Origin: a bacterium
GTDB taxonomy: Bacteria > Patescibacteriota > Patescibacteriia > JAACEG01 > JAGUWE01
NCBI GenBank assembly: GCA_043798995.1
Contig: JAZDOD010000010.1
Span: forward strand, 845 to 64,844
DNA: 64,000 bases
Direction: 5' to 3'
The notes under the pieces are model-generated. The model searched no databases, was not told the origin of the DNA, and was given only the letters and a program-made list of their open reading frames with translations. A program made the position numbers and the translations under genes. Shown piece by piece: positions 29,001 through 39,471 of this stretch (its first letter is position 1; each line of letters starts with the position of its first letter).

Positions 29001-32000
29001 CAAGAAGCTGATCTTTCGCAAAAGTTTCATTACTTTGTTAAAGCTATCGGCCCGCCGCCTAGCAGGAGAGAAGCCAAACTTTATTTTCCCTCAGCTGACC
29101 CAGCTTTGTCTAAATCCTTTGGCCTGACTTGCTCTAATGATTACGGAACTGAAAAATTCTTGCTTTTAAACCCTTGCCAAGCGGGCCAGCCTACAGTCAA
29201 AATCGTTTTAAAGCCAAATAGCGGTCCGGCAGCTAACATTAAGAGCTATTGGGAAGGCAACGCTGAAATTTTAACCATTAGTCAAGGCCTAAGAAGCGTG
29301 ACCAAAGAAGGCGTGGCCTTAAGCGAGGATATGGCAGGCAATGATGATAGCGCGACTCAATTAAACGCCACTGGCTTTGCCAATCCTTATGGTGCGGTTT
29401 CCTGGTCAGCTTTGGGCAACATAAGTACTGACCCCAATCTGTCTCAAGAACCAATAGCCCTTTCAATGTGGGTAAAATTTGACAGTGCTTATCAGGCAGA
29501 AAAAGAAATTTTATTTTATGGCTTAAATCCGGCTTCTGTTTGGTGTGAAGGTTGCGGTGATGAGCCGCAAGAGTATTTAAGATTATCGCGTTCAGGCACG
29601 AGCCTTACTGCAGCTGACGAGGGCGAATTAGAAATTGCTTCGCGGGCGAGCGCCTATGTTGATAAAAGATATTATACTGATTATATTTTATCAGACACAA
29701 CTTCCTGGCATCACTTAAAAGGTGTCTGGCAAAATAATGGCGCTAACAAGAAAATGAAATTTTGGCTGGATTTTAACTTTATTGGCGAGATGATCATTGA
29801 CACCCCTTTTCCCATTCCTGCTACTTCTGGCTATAATATCTATTTAGGCGACCATTATAAAAACAGCGATACCTCGCCTCTAACTCACAATTCTATTACG
29901 GCCAAAGCTCGCCTTGATGAAGTTTATATTTCCAAAGATTCGGGCAATGACCCTTATTATTACGAGATTTTCCGCAAAGCCCCGAGCGAGCAAACTTACC
30001 GGCATTTAGTCACTTTGGATAGCAATGCTTATCAATGGTTTGAAAGGGAATTAACAGCCGAGAGCGAATATGCTTATAAAGTGCGTCTGATTCCGACTGA
30101 TCAAAATAAACTTTCCCTGACTTTAGCTACTTTTGAAAATACACCTGATAATATTATTTTGCCGGCCGACTGCCGGCCCGAATATGGTCCGTTTGACTTT
30201 CAGGCCTTGTCCTCCAGTTGTTTGGCCAGCCAGCCAGTTATTAATTTATCTTGGCAGGACAATAAGGCACCTTCGGCTGAGAACAATTACTCCCTCTTAG
30301 CTGACTTGCCAAGCGGTGTAGTTTATATCTCCATCCCGCCGGCAAATTGCACTAAAAATTCACCCAATGAGCCTTACCAATGTCATTATGTCTATCAGCT
30401 GCCGGCCGAAACTGATTATTTTCACGAGCATATGTTTTATCTTATACGTGAGGCCGAAGAAGACGAAATAGCCAATGGCGCGCCTGATTTTTTCTTAACT
30501 TCTTTAGCCGAAGCAGTCCGACCAGCTCGCTGTTTTGACGAGCTGCCAAAGTGGCCTGATCCTGATAATTTATCTGGCAATGCTTGTTGCGCGGAAAATG
30601 GTCTTTGTACTTCTAACGGGCCAGAGCCAGCTGTTTTCTTAAACTGGCAGGATGCGCAATACACTAATTATTATGAGATTTATCGCTGTCAGTTAGGGGT
30701 CTCGCTTTGCAGTGATTTATCTGATTTTATTTTAATGGGTTCTGTTGAAGAAACAGTGGTCTGTTTAAATGCGGGTAGCCAGACTGGCAGCCTTTGTCGA
30801 TTTGACTGGGAATGCGGCAGTGGCACCTGCGGTGAAACCAGTTATAATTTGACCGATGATCAAGTAGCGGCCGGCGCCACTTATGTCTATCGCATTTTTG
30901 CTTATGGTAATGGCTCTCAAGAGGCCAATAATTCTCTAATTGTTATTACCCCCAGTTTTGGCAGAGAAGCGGGAAATTGTAAATTAATTCCGGCCACTCC
31001 TTTTATTACTAAAATTGAAAGAGGCTGTACTGCCACGGACGAGCCGTTTCATCGGCTATGGTGGGATTATGCTAATCAATATGGCACAGAAGTTGCGCCT
31101 TCGGGCGATCCTAATCCTAATATTATTATTGATCATTGGCTAATTGAAAGACAGCCCCCAAACGGCTCCTTTGATTTAGTTAAAGAATTTTATCCGACTA
31201 ACTTACCCTTGCCTTTGGTGAGCACTAATTTTATCACTCCTTTTAATAATAATTTGGTCGCCGGCCACTTTTATAATTACGGAGTCAAAGCCGTGACTCA
31301 AGTTGATTCAGAATTTTTTGAATCTTATCCTTCGCCGACGGTTGGAGCAATGGCTCCTTTTTGCACTGATCCGCCGAAAAACGATATTTTCAATTTTGGC
31401 ATAGATGAGTACAGTAGTTGTAATAAAATTAGCTTTAAATTCGAGACTGCCGCTGATGATTTTGCCGAGGGTTATGAAATTTATCAACTTGCTAATTTGC
31501 CCAGTTTGGCCAAATTTAATTATCAAAATTGTCAATATAATTATTCAAATTTTTCCCAAGGAGAACTAAAATGTAGCTATTCTTCTTCTTGTAGTTGCGC
31601 TGGCGTGGGCAGTGTTTGTGATTTCTGCAAAAACAAAAAATTAAATGACCAGGGGCTCTTAATTAAAGAGATTATTCAAGCTCGGGGACCGACTACCTAT
31701 ACTTTTGAAGCAGAAAATTTTGCCCAAAACACCACCTTATATTGGGCAGTGGTGCCTTTTAATAGCCGGGGTTATTACGATTCAATCGAGGGCGGTAATA
31801 TTATTCCAATTCAAACTAATCTTTGCGCCCAGGCCCCAATCAGTTCCACCTTTACTGCCGTAAGTAAATGTCCTTCAACCGTTGAGCTTAAATGGAAAAA
31901 CCCCGACGAATCAATTTATGGCTATAAAATTTATCGCAAAAAATTAGAAGAGTCGGATGCCTCTTATCTTTTGTTGGCTGATAAAGACGAGGATAGCAAT

Positions 32001-32234
32001 GAAGTGAAAGAAGCTTGCGATATTCCCAATAAATCATCCTGTTTCAATCTTTATCAAGATGAACTGTCTCAAGCTCTGACCGAGATTTACAAATATAAAA
32101 TTGTCAGTGTTTCCCAACAATTTATTGAGAGCGAAGGTCGAACGTATCTGATCGAAGGCGAGGCCATTAATAAAAACGCTCGCGCCTGTTTCCGCTTGCC
32201 GCGCTGGCAGGAACTGCCGGGAATAACGCCGTAA
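23094..32234 (+). CDS. 3046-aa secreted adhesin-like protein: many Cys-linked FN3-like repeats, two LamG/concanavalin-like domains, two RCC1 repeats
   Basis: Signal ending PAKA; repeated L.W..Y.I.R..Y.D..Y.Y.V.A; TWHHF..FDEIKIW and SWHHL..LDEVYI; GYHTCALLEDKTVKCWGENGFGQLG. Confidence 0.85.
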   Translation: MSTSKNKNTFCFSLLKFNRIVKPLLMTGIFLFFLFLNFLPWPAKAVEISNFNLSPGCDNKTDNPVNCVPGQIVIEARWAALDNALCPTVSENKCYYRILRKESSPTGSFVTLVSNLTYISGASAVWRDTGGGSYPLKERTNYTYKIEARDASGGTIYGTSGEKETMSKVCGCPHPFVLYGASNDCDGNISQIGLSWQETAIEVRDGRGTSILAPHYGIYRWNGPCSSSSCYDPSNAVGFIDRAIACQAGKCFFVDGNNSAKRLEFNKSYYYKVVAYSEGAERASANQLTPIAAFCPKPVIPSNSATPPGLELDCNPLQLKLRWDDCAGATNPAACQQSRLNVPIFYNIYKNTNENGYIWINSLAANSSQSPCQWQSNKFSCQFSDSIKSNFSYSYYVKAAGQGWTLDSNYSELLTIIPGACAVQINPPDYLWVTPFCDSLDNNKPKMTLSWGYTATPPANIRRYYIHKYRCTNPPTCSSWQAITKDGNTTYYDSYNTTAEDVIWVDGSQSYHTVIAGETYRYQVKTETTDGVSNPTPPSTSVKAREDCVSPPHTATPVLTLGASCSNLAPVMILNWTPPKTDGNGDGNSDGTTDDIFVYHILKNGVLYTDTANSDSYIDTFNVSPGQPYYYQIIADGPGGPAASNLTPTVVSRDDCNKPTPFKLITVAKSCLPPSQHQVYLDWQNSSNLSRYEVFRKATNSPPDCTTSEGRLSAGLITNLNVTNFTDTENLVEGATYYYFIRASVDGGSCTLATLASGVSNAVTIPYTTPGQPSGLAATPQCLNSWQSSIRLTWTVDPAVASYKLCYNTSPAVTEANCTQSLLSTGSYDFTNNVTVGQNYYFAIQADSGCAKSLSAVVGPTTARCCPPPSFSINGTATCQSTAAAQHTLSWTTHSSAESYEVFQSANNLDFSSLGLRVSPFNTLVGPNNTFYYFVRAKATCGLEYTNSNTSQLAINCLQSASPTLTLSSTSCIGGYPAIAFSWSQSANATSYSIYRCQGTSCPPNTEIKSGYNGTSYNDIGGEGQAPISGNLYSYQIKAINANSNSFNLSNSIQNISAPYCPPGPFILSSATNCDPVANRPIFKLKWTKAAEPATLDKYKIYRVTGFISGRGPSDPVVAEKAGTFFDQWWTDDTFPPGEPINDQNYSYYVEAVAKNNAGSSYSNIVNLKKDCQGPTGTLALTANASCDANDDPYVDLDWTMSNLTDVASYKLYRGGQLIYTDATISAVETYPDSNIESGSSYNYAVRACDQNNLCTSDSVVNNVSAPYCPVGIPADLQVGAICQEVDLPAVNLSWQPAKNATQYTVVRKIGGVINKTYSVTATSKSDNEVVGGTTYTYQIIAKNPANLCATNDCAVCAGQCSTVQTASVPTCGVSEPVLFADRYCSGEGVPADLKCFSQGDQYGTYAHFCWTADESAGAPLWCRLERQTPEGWWLVKTPTFHSQGIYDSGSSTVDNIATTQRNNITNRAYSALSFYDFYESVVLGRSGVSMVPSRIQLLAGIYPVGPYPEASRNVTLDFWFKIGPYSCLTNRDDLFYSFLWKHSGDQTQPDFRISYNAINNGGYQDDLVMLKTDELVIVAPESERATLINYPEPGGGLTCDTWHHFLWTQDQTSGQTQVYLDKTLAYNGLWGRNFTRNNNLYFGCESFFMPGTASYFRVPETIFDEIKIWPDKIINSRQVQKLYDQDYTKLTTWPVLKNVIAVTTSAGGYHTCALLEDKTVKCWGENGFGQLGLGNTNSPQLNPVSVPNLSNVKAVAVGFFHTCALLEDKTVKCWGENYYGQVGDGTTVTLALSPVFVHDVSVSGVVWADYHTSYDDFETIEGGQYNYQVTCGYTGGATRTTPGNFAFPWCQPDIDFPQTNDLQGICSDWADKNKNIVADQTADCSGGYSDDTEEIAESKYQPQAPYALLAWDYLGGAETVEVKRYQEGQSETEAITLASFSVDPTDPNKASSDIQCPEGHCYCQDRSVQEADLSQKFHYFVKAIGPPPSRREAKLYFPSADPALSKSFGLTCSNDYGTEKFLLLNPCQAGQPTVKIVLKPNSGPAANIKSYWEGNAEILTISQGLRSVTKEGVALSEDMAGNDDSATQLNATGFANPYGAVSWSALGNISTDPNLSQEPIALSMWVKFDSAYQAEKEILFYGLNPASVWCEGCGDEPQEYLRLSRSGTSLTAADEGELEIASRASAYVDKRYYTDYILSDTTSWHHLKGVWQNNGANKKMKFWLDFNFIGEMIIDTPFPIPATSGYNIYLGDHYKNSDTSPLTHNSITAKARLDEVYISKDSGNDPYYYEIFRKAPSEQTYRHLVTLDSNAYQWFERELTAESEYAYKVRLIPTDQNKLSLTLATFENTPDNIILPADCRPEYGPFDFQALSSSCLASQPVINLSWQDNKAPSAENNYSLLADLPSGVVYISIPPANCTKNSPNEPYQCHYVYQLPAETDYFHEHMFYLIREAEEDEIANGAPDFFLTSLAEAVRPARCFDELPKWPDPDNLSGNACCAENGLCTSNGPEPAVFLNWQDAQYTNYYEIYRCQLGVSLCSDLSDFILMGSVEETVVCLNAGSQTGSLCRFDWECGSGTCGETSYNLTDDQVAAGATYVYRIFAYGNGSQEANNSLIVITPSFGREAGNCKLIPATPFITKIERGCTATDEPFHRLWWDYANQYGTEVAPSGDPNPNIIIDHWLIERQPPNGSFDLVKEFYPTNLPLPLVSTNFITPFNNNLVAGHFYNYGVKAVTQVDSEFFESYPSPTVGAMAPFCTDPPKNDIFNFGIDEYSSCNKISFKFETAADDFAEGYEIYQLANLPSLAKFNYQNCQYNYSNFSQGELKCSYSSSCSCAGVGSVCDFCKNKKLNDQGLLIKEIIQARGPTTYTFEAENFAQNTTLYWAVVPFNSRGYYDSIEGGNIIPIQTNLCAQAPISSTFTAVSKCPSTVELKWKNPDESIYGYKIYRKKLEESDASYLLLADKDEDSNEVKEACDIPNKSSCFNLYQDELSQALTEIYKYKIVSVSQQFIESEGRTYLIEGEAINKNARACFRLPRWQELPGITP
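28223..28427 (+). repeat. Identical 52-bp direct repeat (28223-28274, 28376-28427) in the RCC1 repeats
   Basis: TCACACCTGCGCCCTTCTTGAAGACAAGACAGTTAAGTGTTGGGGGGAAAAT twice, 153 nt apart. Confidence 0.9.
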
Positions 32235-32240
32235 ATTCAT

Positions 32241-32710
32241 AAATTCCAAATCCCAAGCACCAAATAACAAATAAATTTCAATGACCGAAATTTCAAATTC
32301 CAAACCATACAATTTAGAAGAAAGAACTTTTCAATTTGCTAAAAAAGTAGCACTCTTTTGTAAAAAATTACCAAGAACTGTAAGTAACCTTGAATACGTT
32401 AAACAAGTAATTAGATCATCGGGCTCAACCGGCGCTAATTATATTGAAGCAAATGAGTCATTTAGTAAAAAAGATTTTAGATTAAGGATTAAAATTTGTC
32501 GCAAAGAAGCAAAAGAATCAGTTTATTGGCTGAGATTAATTATTGAAACCAACGACAAGAAATTTGAAAAAGAAGGGAAAGAGCTTTTAGAAGAAGCGAT
32601 GGAACTCAAAAAGATTTTTTCCGCAATTATTGAAAAATCAAAATAATTTTTGTATTTGATAATTGGAATTTGAATATTATTTGGAATTTGTAATTTGTAA
32701 TTTGGAATTT
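32241..32710 (+). mobile_element. Four-helix-bundle cassette 3 with inverted heptamer arms
   Basis: Left AAATTCC AAATCCC AAGCACC AAATAAC AAAT AAATTTC AATGACC..; right ..ATTT GGAATTT GTAATTT GTAATTT GGAATTT. Confidence 0.8.
32281..32646 (+). CDS. Four helix bundle protein
   Basis: YNLEERTFQFA, QVIRSSGSTGANYIEANE, SKKDF..ICRKEAKESVYWL. Confidence 0.92.
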   Translation: MTEISNSKPYNLEERTFQFAKKVALFCKKLPRTVSNLEYVKQVIRSSGSTGANYIEANESFSKKDFRLRIKICRKEAKESVYWLRLIIETNDKKFEKEGKELLEEAMELKKIFSAIIEKSK

Positions 32711-33460
32711 ATGTTCGTTTGTATTTTGAGACATTTTAAAAGATATCCAGAGAGAGGCAATGTTCTCCTTTCCACCATCCTTATTATGGGCATAACGCTT
32801 AACATTGGGCTGGTGATAGCAACCTTAGCTTTAAGTGGTTTTAGTAGGGCGCGGAATATCAAATTGCAATCCTTGTCTTATTATGGGGCCGAAAGCGGCG
32901 TTGAATATAGTTTATTTAAAGTTAGGAAAGGTGGCAGTGAAATTGGTAATTTGAATATTAACGCCGCTACTGAATCTGGCGTCAGCTGGGAGAGCGCGGG
33001 TAAAATTTTTTCATTAGAAATTTTTGAGGATTTAGAAGAAGATAAATCAATCATTCTTTATCTTTATAATCCAGACACTTGGACCAGCGGCATCAATCGA
33101 TTGTTAATTAAGTGGAATGATACTTGTTATGGTAGTTCAGTTTTAGAAATTAAATATTATGAAATTAATGAGCAGACCGATTTAAACAATCTTAATTGGA
33201 CAGGAAAGATTACCAGAGAATGGATACAAGAAGAAACAACGCCACCTGGCACCATTGAAGATCTTTTTTTAAATTCCAACAATGCCTATGCCATGAAAAT
33301 TACAGTAAAAAATTGTTATGTTAATGTTTTAAACATTAACCCCCAAGTGTATAATTATACTACGGGTCAGTATGAAGAAACAAATATTAATATTGAAAAT
33401 GTTATTACCTCTACCGGTGCTTCGGGCGATGTCAAACAGACGATCAGGGTATCGATGTGA
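32711..33460 (+). CDS. PilX/GspK-like minor pilin
   Basis: RG|NVLLSTILIMG (no Glu5), SYYGAESGVEYSL, ITSTG..QTIRV; start at ATG 32711, just after the repeat arm. Confidence 0.72.
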   Translation: MFVCILRHFKRYPERGNVLLSTILIMGITLNIGLVIATLALSGFSRARNIKLQSLSYYGAESGVEYSLFKVRKGGSEIGNLNINAATESGVSWESAGKIFSLEIFEDLEEDKSIILYLYNPDTWTSGINRLLIKWNDTCYGSSVLEIKYYEINEQTDLNNLNWTGKITREWIQEETTPPGTIEDLFLNSNNAYAMKITVKNCYVNVLNINPQVYNYTTGQYEETNINIENVITSTGASGDVKQTIRVSM

Positions 33461-33492
33461 AATTTTTAATTTTTAATTTTTAATTTTCAATT

Positions 33493-33521
33493 AAACCGGT
33501 ACTTTGAAATGGCCGGTTTTT
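33493..33521 (+). terminator. Putative terminator after the pilX-like gene
   Basis: AAACCGGT..GCCGGTTTTT imperfect hairpin. Confidence 0.45.
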
Positions 33522-33537
33522 GTGATACAATAACAAC

Positions 33538-34013
33538 AAATCCAAAATCCAAAACTCTAAATACTAAACAAATTCTAATGATTCAAATTCCAAATTCCAA
33601 ACGAAATAATAAATATGATTTAGAGGAAAGAAGTCTTAAGTTTGCTAAAAGAGTTAACGATTATGTTAATAAATTGCCTAAAACTATTCCTAACATTGAA
33701 AACGGTAAGCAATTAGTTCGCGCAGCCGGTTCAACCGGTGCTAATTATATCGAAGCTAATGAATCTTTGGGCAAAAAAGATTTTCAAATGAGAATCAAAA
33801 TTTCTAAAAAAGAAGCCAAGGAAAGTGGATTTTGGTTAGAACTATCCCAACCTTTAAAAGAAAATGAAAAAGAAAAACAAGATTTAATTCAAGAAAGCAT
33901 AGAACTTATGAAAATTTTTGGTTCTATTTTAGAAAAGTCAAAATGAAGAGTTTGTGATTTGAAATTTATGATTTAGATATTGTTTAGGATTTAGGATTTC
34001 GAATTTAGAATTT
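33538..34013 (+). mobile_element. Four-helix-bundle cassette 4 with inverted heptamer arms
   Basis: Left AAATCCA AAATCCA AAACTCT AAATACT AAAC AAATTCT AATGATT..; right ..GTTT AGGATTT AGGATTT CGAATTT AGAATTT. Confidence 0.8.
33578..33946 (+). CDS. Four helix bundle protein
   Basis: YDLEERSLKFA, QLVRAAGSTGANYIEANE, KKEAKESGFWL; paralog of 32281, start chosen by alignment to it. Confidence 0.9.
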   Translation: MIQIPNSKRNNKYDLEERSLKFAKRVNDYVNKLPKTIPNIENGKQLVRAAGSTGANYIEANESLGKKDFQMRIKISKKEAKESGFWLELSQPLKENEKEKQDLIQESIELMKIFGSILEKSK

Positions 34014-34016
34014 TAA

Positions 34017-36056
<2,040 letters not shown>

Positions 36057-36113
36057 TTACCAATTTTCAATCAATTTACAATGATTCAATTTTCAGTTAC
36101 CAGTTTTTTCTCC

Positions 36114-36258
36114 TGTCATTCCCGTCCCTGCTTCCGCAGGGGTAAACTTGTCCCCGCGAAAGCGGGGAGCGGGAATCCAGAACTCAGAAAGTTTATCCCT
36201 GGATCCCGCATCTCAGCCCGAGGCTGATCCGCCTTTGGCTGGAAAGTGCGGGATGACA
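36114..36258 (-). repeat. Composite TGTCAT..ATGACA palindromic element (inverted partner of 36671-36816)
   Basis: Arms match the reverse complement of 36671-36816 except for one base; spacer differs. Confidence 0.9.
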
Positions 36259-36304
36259 AAACATATTGTTTGAAAATCTCTAAATTTAAAACTTTAAAAA
36301 TATT

Positions 36305-36613
36305 ATGCCTACTACTAAAAAAATTTCAATTCAAGAAATTAAGCATTTGGCCGATTTGGCCAGATTAAAAGTGAGCGAAAGCGAGGTCAAAAAATACGCC
36401 TCGGATCTTTCGGCAATTTTAGATTATGTTGCCGAGTTAAAAGGAATAGACACTCAGAAAATTTCTCCGACTGCCCAGGTGGTGGAAACAGAAAATGTTT
36501 TTAAAAATGATTTGGTTGATTTGGATTATACTGCCAAAACTAAAGAAAAAATAATTAAAAATTCGCCCGAAAGTCAGGATAATTTATTTAAGGTTAAAAA
36601 GGTGTTTGAGTAA
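36305..36613 (+). CDS. gatC: Asp/Glu-tRNA amidotransferase subunit C
   Basis: IKHLADLARL, DLSAILDYVAEL, FKVKKV; upstream of gatA. Confidence 0.93.
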   Translation: MPTTKKISIQEIKHLADLARLKVSESEVKKYASDLSAILDYVAELKGIDTQKISPTAQVVETENVFKNDLVDLDYTAKTKEKIIKNSPESQDNLFKVKKVFE

Positions 36614-36670
36614 ATTTACAATTTCCAATTATCAATTCACAATAAATTTTTAAATGGCCCAATTTTCAAT

Positions 36671-36816
36671 TGTCATCCCGCACTTTCCAGCCAAAGGCGG
36701 ATCAGCCTCGGGCTGAGATGCGGGATCCAGAATGAAAATAGAATAATTGCTGGATTCCTGCTCCCCGCTTTCGCGGGGACAAGTTTACCCCTGCGGAAGC
36801 AGGGACGGGAATGACA
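36671..36816 (+). repeat. Composite TGTCAT..ATGACA palindromic element
   Basis: Same skeleton as 629-710 with both hairpin loops expanded by extra hairpins. Confidence 0.9.
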
Positions 36817-36843
36817 AAATACTTGAAAATTGAAAATCAAATT

Positions 36844-38283
36844 ATGTTAAACGAATTAACCATCACCCAAGCCCATCAAGGTTTGATAAAAAAAGAATTT
36901 TCTTGCCAGGAGCTGACCAGGGCTTGTTTAGGGCAAATTAAGAAAGTTGATCAGAAAATCAAAGCTTTTTTGACCTTGACTCAAGATTCGGCGCTAAAAG
37001 AAGCCAAAAAGATTGACCAGAAAATAAAAAATAAAGAAGAAATTACTATTCTTTCGGGCATTCCGGTGGCTATTAAGGATAATATTAATATAGAAGGAGT
37101 TAAAACTACCGCCGGCTCGCAAATTTTAAAAAATTTTATTGCCCCGTATGATGCTACGGTAATTGAAAAATTAAAGTCAATCGGAGCTATTTTTTTGGGC
37201 AAAACCAATCTTGATGAGTTTGCCATGGGTTCAAGCACTGAAAATTCTAGCTACCAAAAGACGGCCAACCCCTGCGATTTAAAGCGCGTGCCGGGCGGTT
37301 CTTCCGGTGGCTCGGCTGCGGCTGTCGTCGCTCACCAGTGTATTTACGCCTTGGGTTCTGACACCGGCGGTTCAATCCGCCAGCCAGCCAGTTTTTGCGG
37401 CCTGGTGGGGCTCAAACCAACTTATGGCCGCGTTTCTCGTTATGGCCTTTTGGCCATGGCTTCTTCTTTGGATCAAATCGGGTCCTTAACCAAAACCGTT
37501 GAAGACGCCGCTTTAGTTTTAGAAACAATTGCCGGCCAAGACGCGCGGGACGCAACCAGTTTGCCTAAGGACGTTCCTTCTTATTCACAGCAGTTAAAAA
37601 AAGACATTAAGGGTCTTAAAGTCGGCTTGCCCAAAGAATATTTTGCCCAAGGTCTAAATAGAGAAATTAAAAAAATAATTGAGAAAGCGGTTAAACAAGT
37701 AGAAGATTTGGGCGCTCAAGTTAGAGAAGTGGAATTGCCCTATACCAAGGCGGCTTTGCCGGTTTATTATTTACTTATGCCCGCCGAGGTCTCCTCTAAT
37801 TTAGCCCGTTACGACGGCATAAAATATGGTCTTTCGGATAAAAAAGCCAAAGATTTATTATCGGTTTATTTAAACTCAAGACAACTTGGTTTTGGCCAGG
37901 AAGCAAAGCGGCGGATTATACTCGGCGCTTATATTCTTTCGGCCGGTTATTATGACGCTTATTATTTAAAGGCGCAAAAAGTAAGAACTCTTATTAAATG
38001 GGATTTTGACAAAGTTTTTAACGAGGTTGATGTTTTAATCACCCCGACCTCGCCAACAGTCGCTTTTAAAATCGGCGAGAAAATAAATGATCCTTTGAAG
38101 ATGTATCTTTCCGACATTTATACCGTTTCAGTTAATTTGGCTGGACTGCCGGCCATCTCCATTCCGGTCGGTTTTAGTCAGGGGTTGCCCGTTGGACTGC
38201 AAATCATTGGCCGCCAGTTGGATGAGGCCACGATTTTAAGAGTAGCGTATTGGTGTGAACAGAAGACAGGTCGGCATAATTAG
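36844..38283 (+). CDS. gatA: Asp/Glu-tRNA amidotransferase subunit A
   Basis: [41 protein letters not shown]; ATG 36811 belongs to the repeat end. Confidence 0.97.
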   Translation: MLNELTITQAHQGLIKKEFSCQELTRACLGQIKKVDQKIKAFLTLTQDSALKEAKKIDQKIKNKEEITILSGIPVAIKDNINIEGVKTTAGSQILKNFIAPYDATVIEKLKSIGAIFLGKTNLDEFAMGSSTENSSYQKTANPCDLKRVPGGSSGGSAAAVVAHQCIYALGSDTGGSIRQPASFCGLVGLKPTYGRVSRYGLLAMASSLDQIGSLTKTVEDAALVLETIAGQDARDATSLPKDVPSYSQQLKKDIKGLKVGLPKEYFAQGLNREIKKIIEKAVKQVEDLGAQVREVELPYTKAALPVYYLLMPAEVSSNLARYDGIKYGLSDKKAKDLLSVYLNSRQLGFGQEAKRRIILGAYILSAGYYDAYYLKAQKVRTLIKWDFDKVFNEVDVLITPTSPTVAFKIGEKINDPLKMYLSDIYTVSVNLAGLPAISIPVGFSQGLPVGLQIIGRQLDEATILRVAYWCEQKTGRHN

Positions 38284-38307
38284 ACTTTTAATTTTTAACT
38301 AATTTTT

Positions 38308-38658
38308 ATGACTGATGAAAGATGGCAAAATATAATCTCGCTTATTAAAGATAAGTTTAAAGTTGAAAAAGAGGAAATCACTGAAGAAGAAATTGACAAA
38401 GACCAGGAAGGCAAAGCTGTCTTGGAAAAAAGAGAAATGATTATTTTTCCAAGCCCTTTAGGCCGGCTTAAAATGGAAAGAACCACTAAACCTTTAATTC
38501 TTGATAAAAAAACCAAATATTCCCAAAGAATTGGCGGCGAGGTAGCAGTAAATTATATTTATTCAAAAGAAGAAAAAGTTCATAGATTCAAAGTTTATCG
38601 TTATAGCGAAGATGATAATATTTGGGTAGAAATAGACCAAAATAATTTTAATCTTTAA
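38308..38658 (+). CDS. Hypothetical cytoplasmic protein
   Basis: 116-aa ORF in operon orientation. Confidence 0.7.
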   Translation: MTDERWQNIISLIKDKFKVEKEEITEEEIDKDQEGKAVLEKREMIIFPSPLGRLKMERTTKPLILDKKTKYSQRIGGEVAVNYIYSKEEKVHRFKVYRYSEDDNIWVEIDQNNFNL

Positions 38659-38670
38659 GATAAGACCAAA

Positions 38671-39321
38671 ATGGAGATCTTTAATCATCAAAAAGAACAA
38701 AGAAAATTAATTATAATTAATTTTCTTCGCTTGCTTTTCAGTGGTTTGGTTATCCTTGAACTTTTTAATTATTTAAGAATTTTTCAATTTAGTGTGGAAT
38801 ACACTTGGCTGGGTTTACTTGTTACTTCCACTGTTAGTTGGATCTTATTAGAGAGCACTGCTTATCAATACCAAAAGAAAGAAAGGCATCGTTTACATTG
38901 GTTATTTTGGTTGATTATTTTAGCCGCTCTTAGTTTAGATGCCGCCGGTGATTTCTTTCACTTTTATGGTAAGTTTGACTGGTGGGATCAATTTGCCCAT
39001 CTATTTATTAGTGCCGTAGTTTGTTTTACTTTATTCGTGGTTATCAGTGCTTTTTGGATTGACAAATTTCAATTCAGTTTGCTTTTCAGGGGAGGTAGAT
39101 TAAAATTGTCTCTATTTTTAGCAGCTACTAGTACGATAAGCCTATCAGCTCTTTATGAGATTGAGGAATACTTAGAGGACATTATTTTTAAAACCCATCG
39201 TTTAGGCCCTGGCACAGATACTGCTAATGATTTATTATTTAATTTGTTGGGAGTGTTGTTAGTAGTAATTTTTATGAACTTTTATTATCTTACTACACAT
39301 AAAAGAAAAATTTTAGATTAA
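38671..39321 (+). CDS. Membrane protein (DUF2238/VanZ-like)
   Basis: WWDQFAH, ALYEIEEY, DTANDLLFN; multiple TMs. Confidence 0.7.
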   Translation: MEIFNHQKEQRKLIIINFLRLLFSGLVILELFNYLRIFQFSVEYTWLGLLVTSTVSWILLESTAYQYQKKERHRLHWLFWLIILAALSLDAAGDFFHFYGKFDWWDQFAHLFISAVVCFTLFVVISAFWIDKFQFSLLFRGGRLKLSLFLAATSTISLSALYEIEEYLEDIIFKTHRLGPGTDTANDLLFNLLGVLLVVIFMNFYYLTTHKRKILD

Positions 39322-39323
39322 AA

Positions 39324-39365
39324 TTTACCCCGTTAGAAAGGACAGGGTTTTCTAACGGGGTTTAC
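39324..39365. repeat. TTTAC-flanked CCCG..CGGGG hairpin mini-element
   Basis: TTTAC CCCGTTAGAAA-ggacagggt-TTTCTAACGGGG TTTAC. Confidence 0.7.
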
Positions 39366-39471
39366 AAAAGAAGTTTTATGTCTCAAAAAGAACAAAGTGC
39401 TCAAAAAATCAAACTTTTAGAAAAAAAGATTAAAATTTTAAATCAAGAAATAAAATTGACAGTAGTAAAAT

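Noticed and set aside
16995-33946. Diversity-generating retroelement suggested by Avd-like four-helix-bundle genes
   Set aside because: No reverse transcriptase and no template/variable pair with A-specific mismatches was seen; the RCC1 repeat is identical over 52 bp
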